A stretch of 63,759 nt of DNA, counting the filler, from Dicyema japonicum (taxonomy: Eukaryota > Animalia > Dicyemida), in assembly GCA_011109175.1 (NCBI GenBank). It is 11 parts of 11 records of this genome, joined end to end, with 100 filler letters (N's around TTAATTAATTAA, not from the genome) between each part and the next. Parts side by side here need not be neighbours in the genome. Positions count along the whole stretch, not along the records: positions 26,833 to 33,918 come from RDEW01000245.1; positions 34,019 to 38,175 come from RDEW01000217.1; positions 38,276 to 42,369 come from RDEW01000319.1; 8 more parts are not named here. One strand, written 5' to 3'. The notes under the pieces were generated by a model, which saw only the letters and a program-made list of their open reading frames with translations, did no database searches and had not been told where the DNA came from. The translations under genes were made by a program, and so were the position numbers. How positions within the stretch are numbered: position 1 is the first letter of the stretch; each line of letters opens with the position of its first letter. Positions 26,965-39,659 of the stretch are shown here, in pieces.

Positions 26965-28162
26965 CTATCTAAGGTTGGAGCAGTCAGGTTCAACTATTAT
27001 TGGTTTCAACTATAATCAAATAAGATTAATCATTACAAATCAGGTCTAACAGTACATGGAAGTTTCTCAATGAGGTGAATTGGACAGAATTATTGTCCCA
27101 ATACAATTCGAATTGACTGTTCTAAAAATCACTAAAATATAAATTTACGTTGAATTCAGGATTGAGGAAATTGTGAATGGAATGCATTAGATTTTTTGTA
27201 GTAAAGGGTTAAGTTTCTCAATGAGGTGAATTGGACAGAATTATTGTCCCAATACAATTCGAATTGACTGTTCTAAAAATCACTAAAATATAAATTTACG
27301 TTGAATTCAGGATTGAGGAAATTGTGAATGGAATGCACTAGATTTTTTGTAGTAAAGGGTTCAAATGGAAGGAACCGCCTGACTACATGGTTGTGACTTC
27401 TTATTCCAACAAAGGCAGGGTAATGTCGTACTTGGAATAAATTTGTGAGGAAGTCGAAATGAAGATCCTTTTTATCCACAAAGCAAACCCCCAACTAAAA
27501 TAAAACTATAATTTTGACATCATAGTATTCCTTTGTAGCATTGTTAGTTGCGTCAACTAATTCATTTATTTTATACCCAACTAAAATAAAACTATAATTT
27601 TGACATCATAGTATTCCTTTGTAGCATTGTTAGTTGCGTCAACTAATTCATTTATTTTATATGATTTTTTATCAACCATTATCACAATCACATTTTTATT
27701 TCTAAATATGTCTTTATAATTGAATTTATTGAGCCAATGTTGGCCTGTTATCTCTTCAAGGTAATCTCTCATAGATTCCGTATTTCGTTCTCCTAAAATA
27801 GACTAGATTATGAGTTACCATAATATTCTTCCAACTTTTTTCCATTTTTAAATAGGACATATGCTGGATAAGTTCCAATTCCTAATTCGCCGACTAACTT
27901 CTTATTCATAATCCCATCCACAAAACCGAACTTTATGCTACTTCCTGGGAATTCTTTAGCAAGTTTCCGAAATTCATTACGTAGAATGAGCTGACTTAAG
28001 CTTTCTAGAATGAAACTATTAGCTATAATTATAATAGGCAATAATACTGATTTCTACAAAAAACAATTCGGATTGATCAATTGTCTTATAGAAATTTTTA
28101 TTATTTAGATGTATGACTTTCTGAAAAGTAAGGTCAATCAGAAAAAGGATAATGTAGATCAT
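26965..28162 (-). CDS. Secreted PDI-family / thioredoxin-fold protein lacking the CxxC motif (3' end uncertain)
   Basis: MIYIILFLIDLTFQKVIHLNNKNFYKTIDQSELFFVEI..EFRKLAKEF..KFGFVDG..LVGELGIGTYPAYVLFKNGK..EYYG.R; second Trx-like domain with FQVRHYPAF; tiny introns; two internal tandem duplications. Confidence 0.7.
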
Positions 28163-28242
28163 TATTACCTACTTTTATTAATAATTTATTATANNNNNNN
28201 NNNNNNNNNNNNNNNNNNNNNNNNNNNNNNNNNNNNNNNNNN

Positions 28243-28971
28243 TCTCAGATCAACTCCTGTCAATCATCTACATTGGGAGTCAAAGATCCTATCAATTGGA
28301 GACTATCTGGAAATGAGAGCCCTGCAGTTCCTCTCCCAAGCCTACAGTCTAGAACATCCCTGCCACTCATTATGCAAGCCACAAAACAAAAAGAAAATTA
28401 TTATGACAACCAGTGACCTGTCTCGGATGTTATCATCCATTCCTTCCATCCCCAATGACAGGAGTCGTCTGAAACAGATACACGATTTTGTTTCTACGGA
28501 AGCATCCGAAGACTCGGAGACAATAAATATTACAGCGACCCCCTCCTCTAATAGACCAATCAGAATCTTCTCTTTCAAGGGACGTGTGAGTAAACCTGGC
28601 TCGTCTACGATGTGGGCACTACCCATATTTACCAACTTATGATGTACTCTGACCCTTTTGCAACCTCCACGTGCTGACAACAAATCACCTATTTCAATGT
28701 CATGAATTGGCACAACATTTTCCACAATGCCGGAACTGACCGATCTATGGCACTACCCATATTTACCAACTTATGATGTACTCTGACCCTTTTGCAACCT
28801 CCACGTGCTGACAACAAATCACCTATTTCAATGTCATGAATTGGCACAACATTTTCCACAATGCCGGAACTGACCGATCTATGGGAGCGACCAAGATCTG
28901 CTGCGTACTACTTAATAGCTGCTGGCCTCCTGCAAGTTAGTGAGGATGGGGTTACTTAACTAACTAACTAA
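28243..28971 (+). mobile_element. I/Jockey/Ingi-like LINE 3' fragment
   Basis: TPVNHLHWESKILSIGDYLEMRALQFL..HPCH..LARLRCGH..DLWERP; ends GGGGTTAC followed by (TAAC)n. Confidence 0.75.
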
Positions 28972-30279
28972 AATGTTCTACAAAGTGCAAGAACTATTCT
29001 AAGGCAAATTGGGTTGAATTCAGAACGAATGTGGATGATTGTTTATCAGGCCTCGCTGTGGAAGACTTCCAAGTTGACAAGGTACCCAAGATGTTAACTT
29101 CAGTTATTCGGGAAACGGACAGAATGAATAAAAACGGAATGCAATCAGATGGCACCATAGCTTCCATACACTATCTAAATCTCAGAATTTCAACTAATCC
29201 GTTATAACCACAGACACAATTGAAGACGAAAATAGGATTTTTACCTAAAAAAGTGTTGAATCCATCCATGTTTTGTGGAATTTCTCACTTTGATAGTTAT
29301 TATTGAATCTGAAACAACGTCTTTCAACAATTGGTTACCCATTTATTATTGAATCATCTCACACTTTCCTTTTCTCTTTGTATACGTTCTCCAGAAACTT
29401 ATATTTGAAATTCTATACTGTATTGTATACCGACTTATAACGTAACTTCCTAATCATTAACATTGGGAAAAAAGTAAACAACATCTTATAAAACTCATAA
29501 TAATGTTAATGATTTAAAGAGCAAGACGAGGAAGAGCTGTTTCAGTATCTTCTGCCAACATTTCTGATAGACTATTAGTAATGCTATTAATGACTAATGA
29601 TGGTCATTCATCAAAGACTTGTGTGAAGAGGAAAGAACTGGTTACCAGATCTCTATTTTTGATATTGGCACTATTCGTCATGTCCATTCAAAATGGCCTC
29701 TAATTAATTTTTTCAGGTTTTGGATAAGTTCACCAATAAACATCACGAGAATTTAGCGAAACGACATCTTTAGGTAAAAAAGTCATCTTTTTTAAATCTT
29801 ATAAAAATTGATTTTAANCAACATTTCTGCATAGACTATTAGTAATGCTATTAATGACTAATGATGGTCATTCATCAAAGACTTGTGTGAAGAGGAAAGA
29901 ACTGGTTACCAGATCTCTATTTTTGATATTGGCACTATTCGTCATGTCCATTCAAAATGGCCTCCATTCAAAATGGCCTCTAATTAATTTTTTCAGGTTT
30001 TGAATAAGTTCATCAATAAACATCACGAAAATTTAGCGAAACGACATCTTTAGGTAAAAAAGTCATCTTTTTTAAATCTTATAAAAATTGATTTTAAAAG
30101 GTCCTATGGGTAAGTGGAACAATTTACCAAGGTCCTCGACACATTTAGGTAAAAAAGTTATCTTTTTTAATATTTTTATTTAACTTTAAAATGAAAGATT
30201 TATTTTCAAAAGGAAAAAAGAAAAACTTCATTACACGATTATGTGTCGTGTAATATAGAGAAGCAACGTTAATGCGGAC

Positions 30280-30470
30280 ATGATTGGGGCAACTTACAAC
30301 TCTCTCTGCCTCAGATTATCGACCGATAACCTGCAGACTAACCAAATATATGCTGATGACCAAATATGTAATTAATGAGTTCAGGAGCTTTGTAGAGACC
30401 AATGAAATGTCTCTGAGAATCAGTTGGGAACTGTACGAAATTGTCATGGCGGAAAGGAGCAGTTATTACC
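30280..30470 (+). mobile_element. R4-like RT fragment
   Basis: ASDYRPITC..; frameshifted NQLGTVRNCHGGKEQL. Confidence 0.6.
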
Positions 30471-32409
30471 GATAAGTGACATTCGGTATCTCATAGAAGC
30501 TTACTTTGCCAATGTGAGTGGATATGGGAGTGAACTTGTCTCTAGGTGGATTGAATAGATAAATCTTTTTTGAAAGCCGTATAGGGATTGGGCGTCTCCT
30601 GACTAAAGAGCACCCAATGACGCCACCAAATAAAAGGAAGAGTAATTCCAAATCAATTAACCATGTCACAATCTTCATTTGGCAACCTAAATATCAAGAT
30701 CAGCTGAGTGGAGATGAGCGTGAACCAGACAGAAATGACATGTAGGTAGAACGTCACTAATTTTTTGAAGTGACTAGTTTACCCAATAGATTTTGACATT
30801 GAACATAAGATCAAGACAGGCTTGAATGAAGGTGGATTGATCTTCTGTCCCCCAAGTGTCAGAATATTCGCATATGAGAATGTTTCCATATATACGGAAG
30901 TATATTTTTGTTAAAATATATGTTGAATAGCAGGGTTAAGACGCAAATATTTATAACCCGCAGATTCAAAATCCATAATTCAGATTTGATTACATTCACA
31001 CTCATGAAAATATTGAATTAGAAAACATGTTTCCAAATGGAACGGTGGATTGCTTTAATATATAGGTGAATTTCTGAAAATATTTCAATAGTTCCCGTAT
31101 CTCCCTATCTGCACAAAAATTTAAACCCGTTTTTCTCTTTTAAGCATATACCATGTCCGTAAAAATTAGTTTGATCTGTATGATAATTTTGGAGATCCAA
31201 GTAACCCTCAAAATACTTTGGATTATTTTGATATGGATCATCGACTATGTTTAGCGAATTACTAAAAATTGGAGGGTCCTGGGAATGAATAGAAATTATT
31301 TAAGTTTATTTACATTATTTAAAGACTATATAGCTTAGTAACCACCGCTGATCAAATGGATATATCATATACCCTTCAAAGTGTGTTAACAGTTTACGAC
31401 CAAAACTTCCTCTAAAGTAAACGATTGCAACCAAACTGTACCCTCAGTAGTATTACAATTATAATGAATTACTGTTTTATCTCACTCAAAAAAATTTTCG
31501 ACCACGTACTTTTAGTTTTTTGAAACATTTTTTTGATTAAAAGTTCTTAAGAAAATTGAAATAAGTAATTTAGTGTCAGTCCATATCTGCGAGACGCCAG
31601 AACTGCGAGGTTTTAAAAATATTATTAATCCTTTATAAAAATTACATTTCTGAAGTTTTTTCTTCATCTATCATAAAATATCTGAAATTATTAATTTTCT
31701 CCCTAATATTTAGGTGATCGTGACTTCCTGCAAGCTAACATTACATCAAAATCATTGATTGAATGTAGCGTTTTTTATTTTATAAAAAAAATTCACTAAA
31801 AAATTGAGCAAACTATATTTAGCATTTCAATTTATAAAAAAAATGTTATTTTATTTTTTAATTTAATATCTGGCTTATGCTGTATATTTTTTGCTTGAAA
31901 TTTGGTCGTATAAGGGGTATTTTCTATTAGCTACGTTTGGGTCCCTGTCATTGCATTTAAATTTCATCACTATGTTCAATTTTTTCCTATTTCCATCTGC
32001 TACGGTTCCAACTGTTCAAAAATTCAATTCAGGATTCGGGAAATCTCATTTGCAGTTTTTCTAAAGGCACTTTCTACCAAACAAAAATTTCCAAAAAGAA
32101 TCAATAATCCATTAATTATACTGCAAAATAATTACCCAGGAATAATTTTAGTTTTGTGTGGAATATCNCTTTCTACCACACAAAAATTTCCAAAAAGAAT
32201 CAAGAATCCATCAATTATACTGCAAAATAATTACCCAGGAATAATTTTAGTTTTGTGTGGAATATCGGCTTAACTCGACAAGATCTACAATGTACCGGTC
32301 TAGGCGTAATTACTGATTTAGTCGCAAACATTCGTTAGGACTAAAATTGTAAAAATTACTGGTTTAGTCGCAAACTAACATTGTTAGAACCTTTGGTCTG
32401 GACGCTACT

Positions 32410-32880
32410 TGTGTCGATCCAGTTCGGTTGGGTTTTTTGCCACTCTTCCACAGTGTGGTGCATATGGGGATTTTGTTAATATGAGAGAAGACGTGGATTT
32501 GAACAATAACAGATAGATACATTTATAATTGGTAGTGTGTTTTTAGGGGAACATTAGTTGTTGTATTACGCAGATTGTTAATATGAGAGAAGACGTGGAT
32601 TTGAACAATAACAGATAGATACATTTATAATTGGTAGTGTGTTTTTAGGGGAACATTAGTTGTTGTATTACGCAGATCCTGTCATTCACCCGCAAATGCG
32701 ACTGATGTCAGATGATAGTTTTTTGTGAATGGCGAATCCAAGACCATAGTGTTTTGAGTCACAGGATAGGCCTATTAGACGATATCTTCCGTGGTTTTCA
32801 TCGAGATAGTACGTAATTTTTGTCTCTTGTATACAGCCAATCGAAACGTTATATCTTTCTAGCTCATCACAGAGAGTATT
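32410..32880 (-). mobile_element. RTE-like AP endonuclease fragment
   Basis: LCDELERYNVSIGCIQETK..YGLGFAI..NDRICVI..YAP. Confidence 0.6.
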
Positions 32881-33289
32881 TCTTGACTGAGGCTTTGATG
32901 TTCACAGAGAGTATTTCTTGACTGCTCTAGCATTGAACGTAAGAAGTTTTAGAGAAAGAGTATTCTCTTGTATATTCTGATTTTTAGACATTTTTCATAA
33001 ACTTTGTACATAGAAGAAACGAGGCACGTCACCACCACACCAAAAAAGTGTAGTTGTCGTATAGCATCAAGACGAGTAAAGTATCACGTTCGGGCTGATA
33101 TGTCTAATTTATAATTCCAAAACAATTGGTTGCCGGACTCTTTTTGGAAAAAAACGAAATTTTTAATTTTGTCTTAAAACATGTTCGACGTAGTATGGGA
33201 TAAAAATGGAAGACCTTGACATCGGTCCCCGATTTTCGGAGTTTTAAAAGGACAGAATTCATTTAATTTTATCCCAAGAACACAATATC

Positions 33290-33900
33290 GGGCATCCTGG
33301 TTTTAGCAAATTGACAAAACTTATATCAGATAAATTTGTTGGAATAAAAAAAGATGTTATTCTCAAATTTATATCAAATTGAGAAAATGCTCACTGTCTC
33401 TAAAAATTATGAACGATTTATGGCTAATTGCATCGATCTTAGAAGATTTGCTTCGGACAATAATGAATTCAAATGTATTTTAAGTGATCGATTGTTTCTC
33501 CAAGTATGCCTGGCGGAAAATGTAAAAACTTCATTGGAACATCTTTTTCTGACGGTTGGTCCACAAGTGTCATTACATACTGATAACGGAAAAGAATTCC
33601 GTAATTCAATTATGACTACTTTTCTCAGCGATTGGAAAGTCAACTCAATTCACGGAAGGCCTAGAAATCCTAAATCACATGGTCAAGTCGAACGTCATAA
33701 CCAAACACTTAAACGTTGGTTAGCAAAAACACTCTTCTAAACAAGATAAAAAAAAAGGGGGGGGGGGGAATATTTTGGAAAAAACCGTTTACAAATATAC
33801 TGTGGATTGCCATCGTCGACGGGAAAATCGCCGATTAAACTATTTCGTGACTTTCCAGGTTTCAATGTTGGTGCAGTATCTGACTTGGAACTGTCAGATG
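33290..33900 (+). mobile_element. Ginger2/KRBA2-like rve integrase fragment
   Basis: LHTDNGKEFRN..HGRPRNPKSHGQVERHNQTLK, a DDE integrase core, with no adjacent RT. Confidence 0.8.
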
Positions 33901-34111
33901 AGTCAACTGAGGAATGTANNNNNNNNNNNNNNNNNNNNNNNNNNNNNNNNNNNNNNNNNNNNTTAATTAATTAANNNNNNNNNNNNNNNNNNNNNNNNNN
34001 NNNNNNNNNNNNNNNNNNACACAGATACGGCATGAAGGTAAACCACGAAGAGTACGCCTCAGCCGCCAATAAACTTGCGGAGCATTAAATTTTTCTTTGA
34101 TCATTGTACGA

Positions 34112-34520
34112 ATGAATTTCAATACCAACGACCTTGCCGTTGCTCATCACAGTAAATATATTTTCAAATATGCCGAGATCATTTAATATTCATATCAATT
34201 GTAAACCATAATGTTTACTATTTGTATAGGAAATGTCAAGTTACATGACTGTAATCGCAGTACGATACTATGGAGGGGTAATTCTCGCTGCGGATAGTCG
34301 AATGACTATTACTTCTGCCCATTCAGTGGCATGTATCATTGTTATTTACTTAATTTAGTCGTCGGCAACAAGTTTAAAATCTTCCAGATTGCAAAAAATG
34401 CAATCATAACATTTTCTGGCGACTGAACATTATACCAGACTATCAATTAATAGATCATATTGTCTCAGGCGATCTCTTTGCAGGAAGTTGTGTCACTTTG
34501 AATTTTCAACCATACAGTAA
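34112..34520 (+). pseudogene. Truncated proteasome beta-subunit-like gene
   Basis: Spliced MTVIAVRYYGGVILAADSRMT..KIFQIAKNAIITFSGD then in-frame TGA at ~34424; the rest of the fold is not found. Confidence 0.65.
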
Positions 34521-35184
34521 ATTGTAAATTTGAGGTTAAGAACATCTCATTTGACATCTCCGTAGTTGATTTACTCTTTTTCAAAAAAATAAAATTGAAC
34601 AAATAAAAATAAAAAATAAAATTGAACAAATAAAAATAAAATTGAACAAAGAAAAATAAAATTGAACAAATAAAAATGAAAAAGAGAACAAGAATGTTCA
34701 AAAATTTCGAAATATGTAAAAGAAACAGATTAGAGGAATAGATTCAAAAAATATCACAAAATGATAAACTTTCAGATAATTTAATGATTAAAAGAAACTA
34801 CATCACGAATTATTCCTTCTGAATCCAATTACATAAAAAAATAAAGTGCGACTAAATAATGTTAACAGTACAACACAGAAAANTGAAAAATAGAACAAGA
34901 GTGTTCAAAAATTTCGAAATATGTAAAAGAAACAGATTACAGGAATAGATTCAAAAAATATCACAAAATGATGAACTTTCAGATAATTTATTCATTAAAA
35001 GAAACTACATCACGAATTATTCCTTCTGAATCCAATTAAATAAAAAAATAAAATGCGACTAAATAATGACAACAGTACAACACAGTAAATCAAACGTGTG
35101 CTCACACGTGGCTTAATTTATTAGGTTTGTCATTAATAATTAAGATAATAATTAAACAATAATTAATAAAAAATAAACTCTAAA

Positions 35185-35362
35185 TCATTATTATTATTAA
35201 TTATTATTAAAAGCACGTCCACAGGACCAAAGAATGTGAATTAACTAAGGTCCCGTTTGTGCCACACGCTCCGAAATTCTATTCACCAGGTGTCTCCAAC
35301 GGTGTCTGTTCCTCGCGTCTGCTCGTAGTTCTTCTAGATCGTCCACACATTTGAGTTTTCTT
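35185..35362 (-). mobile_element. RTE-like LINE 3' end with (TAA)n tail
   Basis: DLEELRADARNRHRWRHLV, the typical A.DR..WR C-terminal motif. Confidence 0.6.
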
Positions 35363-35659
35363 NNNNNNNNNNNNNNNNNNNNNNNNNNNNNNNNNNNNNN
35401 NNNNNNNNNNNNNNNNNNNNNNNNNNNNNNNNNNNNNNNNNNNNNNNNNNNNNNNNNNNNNNNNNNNNNNNNNNNNNNNNNNNNNNNNNNNNNNNNNNNN
35501 NNNNNNNNNNNNNNNNNNNNNNNNNNNNNNNNNNNNNNNNNNNNNNNNNNNNNNNNNNNNNNNNNNNNNNNNNNNNNNNNNNNNNNNNNNNNNNNNNNNN
35601 NNNNNNNNNNNNNNNNNNNNNNNNNNNNNNNNNNNNNNNNNNNNNNNNNNNNNNNNNNN

Positions 35660-38170
35660 GAATAAGCCATTTGTCTACACACCAATGTAGAAACCAAAAT
35701 AAGATACACAACGGCAGCAATAATGACATAATTAAAACCACCTTTTAATGTGTCAAAGTAACCAGATGGACTAACTAACGTGTAAAAAATGTCTAAAATA
35801 TGAATTATTAAAAATTAAGGAACCCTGTCCGTATACCACTACTATACTGGTTGATTCGAAATAAGTCACATGCGTCTCAATTCCGAAAACATTCTTCACT
35901 TGATAATAGTATGATAGATATGAAAAAGGAGTTATCTCAATGAGAGGATTGTAATTAATTGGATGATCATATCTTAGAAATAAAGATAAAATTTACATTG
36001 AATTGTAACGAACTTCATCTGAAATGTTACGCCTGGCATCAACTACATATTTTGGTATTTCTACGACAGCCCCATCAATAAAACTCACTATAAAATATAG
36101 AAAGATTTAATAGTTCTCACATATTATAGAACATGCTGTAATGTCTCTCCGAGTACGAGTAACACCAATCGAACTTACCTGATTAGGAAGGACGTATGCT
36201 TGCATTAAAACCAATTGACTTGAAGTCGATGGGTTTAAAGAACTGAACTGATTTGACTGTTGTTCCATAGACATTGGATGATATAGCTCAATAATAAAAA
36301 TTTCACTTCGTCTCAATTTCGAATTCCATGTAGAAAACTAAAAAATATTTTGACCACTCTGTTTAGCAAAGGTTATAAAGTATCAAAGATCGAGTGTAAA
36401 TAATATAAATCATAAATTAAAAACTGATACAATTATCCAATTTTGTGAAACAACAGAAGATATGGGTTGAACATAGCCTTCATATAAGAACCGATCGATA
36501 ATTAAACCCGATACACCGTCAATCAAATAAATGTATAGGGTTTCTAGAAAATAAATAAACAAGAAATACCATCAATTATAGATTCAGAAACAACGATTAA
36601 TAAGTTTTTGTTGATATACTTTCTTAAAAAACGGCCGTCCGACAAAACGATATCCTTCTCGTTTACAAGATCGTCTGTAGTATAACTATCAATTTTCAAA
36701 ATTTTTTCGTTTGGCGATATATTTATGGTCCATGTTGCATCAGCCTTAAAGCCCTGAAAATAAAAATTTTAATATAAAGTATTAAAAATCAATTAAACTT
36801 TACGAAGTATCCCTTACCTCAGATCTATGATATATACAATATCCTAATAGCTGAGAATGAGCACGGTCAAATTGATAGAAAAAAACATTCTGAGTTAAAC
36901 TGGCATTCGAATTCGGAAATAAGCGAATCTTGGTCATATATTACATTGAGTACATTGTGAAATCGATCAAGAATGACAGTATGCTGAATACTACTAGCTG
37001 AGCTGTCATCACGAAATGCATAAATTGGTTCAAAATCAATATATTCTTTCCAAAAAATGCCATTTAACGGATTAAAGTAATAAATGCTTGGTTTTTTATT
37101 ATTCTAAGCGATAATATTAAAAAGGAACCATATCTCTGAAAACGGCAGAACAAAGATTATTTGAATTTTTAAATAGAATTACACGAACGTCGTCATCTGG
37201 AAGTATAATCCCAGAAATGTATTTTGCCCAAAGAATCTTTCCTGTTCTACTGTCAATTCCAAAAATCTAAAATACAAGTGATGTTAATAACAATAAGCTT
37301 AAAAAGATAATTAACTATACTTTTCCGGCTGCAGTATAAAAAATTAAAACTTTATCAAATCCAAATTCACCATAATTGCCAGTATTAAAATAATTAATAA
37401 ATTGGAAGTTTCCATTCACAAGCTGATTTAAAATTTTTAAAGAAATATAATAATGTCGACGAATCCTTTTGTAAAACATATTTATAGGGTCTAATATACT
37501 TGTTAAAAACATACCATCATAAAAATCTTGTAATTCTGTCGATAGTTCAGTTCTGTCATAATCAACAATCAGCAACTGTTTAGTTGTTGCGAGACTTTCC
37601 TGTCGATCCCAAATATATTTTCCTATAAAATCTCAAATGAAAACAGCTTGAACCATTTTTATTAAAAAAGTAAACAGATTCATCTTCAAGCGTAATCATA
37701 ACATATTCGGGAAGTCCAACATGGAAATATCCCCAAATCTGTACAAATTCATAATGATAGAGTTCATGAAATAATTAGCGTTTAAAGTTAAAATAATTTT
37801 AATTTCCTACATTTACTGGAGGTGAACTGTTTACTATATCTGAATCAATTTCAATCCAGGACGATGACTGTGAAGAATCTAAGCAGTCAATCACCTGGGA
37901 ATATAAATTGCACAAAACTATACCGCAAAACTCCCATTATTTCTTAAAATTACAATTCTTGGGAAATTTGAAGCGTCAAGGGCAGAAACATTCTATGTAC
38001 AATAGCAACTAGTAAAATACATCAATTCGTAGATATAATTTAATTTCTGTGTCCAGGAAAGTGAATAATTTTAATGTTCCTTTTAGTTTTGAAAATAATA
38101 TGAATTTAGTTGATTTATAAGCAACCAATTCATAGTCAGGAGATTCCAAAGTAGTCTAAAATATTAAATA
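35660..38170 (-). CDS. EMC1: ER membrane protein complex subunit 1, partial (both ends in gaps)
   Basis: FGFDKVLIFYTAAGK-IFGIDSRTGKILW; KYINKNLL; YLIDGVSG; WNSKLRRSEIFIIELY; QAYVLP..TRRDIT; VSPSGYFDTLKGGFNYVII + TM; many tiny introns. Confidence 0.92.
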
Positions 38171-38275
38171 AAATANNNNNNNNNNNNNNNNNNNNNNNNN
38201 NNNNNNNNNNNNNNNNNNNTTAATTAATTAANNNNNNNNNNNNNNNNNNNNNNNNNNNNNNNNNNNNNNNNNNNN

Positions 38276-39140
38276 ACATAATCTCTAGCATATTAAACGA
38301 CATGTTCGCCATGAATTCGTCATTACCAATGGGATTCTAGATTTCTATTCAAAAACCAACAGGGTCACTAGAAAATCTAGGCTCAGGCATTTTACTGTCG
38401 ACTCAAGGCAAAACTCTAACATTGATTATTTTAGAAAGTGCAAGAAGATGTAAATCAATACCTCTCTCCAAAATTGGGAGATCAACTTCAGATGCAGTCC
38501 GGTATCACTAATGACGCAGTGCAATTTGTTGAAGATTCAATTTTGCTACGACAATACTTGGCATAGACATGTCACGACTCTTCGACACTATCCGCCATGT
38601 AAAACTTATGGAATTTTTGTCTACCTTCCTTGACCAAGATTCAGTTCTTAAGATGGCTGACTGTACTGGTAGGGAACGAGACCTCACAGGAATTTGAAAC
38701 CAATGTAGGAAAACCTCAAGGCGACTCGCTTTGTCATTGCTCTTCACTGTCTACTTAGAGACACCACTCCATGACTTCATTAAAATATATGAAGACGCAA
38801 TTCCCGAAATAATGTAGCGGACGATGTTGACTTTATATCTGACGACGAAACAACATCGAAACACTTCCTCTATGAGCCCTCAGTGGCACTATAAAAATAA
38901 TTCTTCTGTAAACCGAGGATAAACGTAAACTGTGAAAATCAACAGGTCTGAGATTAAAATAAACGAATTGTCAAACCAAGAGCTGAACGAGCCAGAATCA
39001 CCGAAAGCAACCAGGAATTATTCACGGAACAAAATAAAGAACAGTGCCCTATATGAGAAGTGCTCTGCAAGACGGTTGGGCTTAGATATTATTGAATCCA
39101 GATGGAGATTTTTGGGACATATAAAGTTTTCCTATCAATA
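38276..39140 (+). mobile_element. Degenerate RTE-like RT
   Basis: ILGIDMSRLFDTI, FETNVGKPQGDSL, DDVD, NKIKNSALYEKC..RWRFLGHI. Confidence 0.7.
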
Positions 39141-39284
39141 GCGACACCTTCTCAATCAATACGATACTGAGTCAGTACAAAAACGAATTTTTTTAGTATT
39201 TAGTCGAATTTCAACCCTAATGACTATGGCAACCAATTGCAATAAATTGCAATTAAATGTAATTTAATAAAAGTTACATAAAAA

Positions 39285-39570
39285 AATCAAGAAATATTCT
39301 TGCCTCGGAGATCGCTACCGATTTACTCCTGTTGCGACCGAATCATCGGGAGCCGTTGGTCCAATGACGGCTGAATTCTTGCAAGAACTCGGAGGATTGC
39401 TTGCCAGAAAGAAAAGGGATCAACGAGAAGGGTTATGACTAAGACAAAAGATTGGAATAGCCATGCTCCGAAGGAACTCGTTCGCAATCCACACAGCAGG
39501 CTTCCTCAACTGACATTTGTTTAATTGTTAAAAAAATTTTTTGTTATTAAAAAAAAATAAAAAATAAAAG
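39285..39570 (+). mobile_element. CRE-like 3' stub
   Basis: KKYSCL..FTPVATESSGAVG..FLQELG..QKIGIAMLRRNSFAI; A-rich tail. Confidence 0.8.
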
Positions 39571-39659
39571 TTACATAAATAATAAATTAGTGAATAATAA
39601 TTAATTTCAGTTATATTTGTTTCAATTTAAATTGTAATTTTTTTGCAATTTAGTCAATG

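Noticed and set aside
35245-35741. Long ORFs across N runs (also 45892-46323 and 50225-50559)
   Set aside because: Artefacts of translating gaps.
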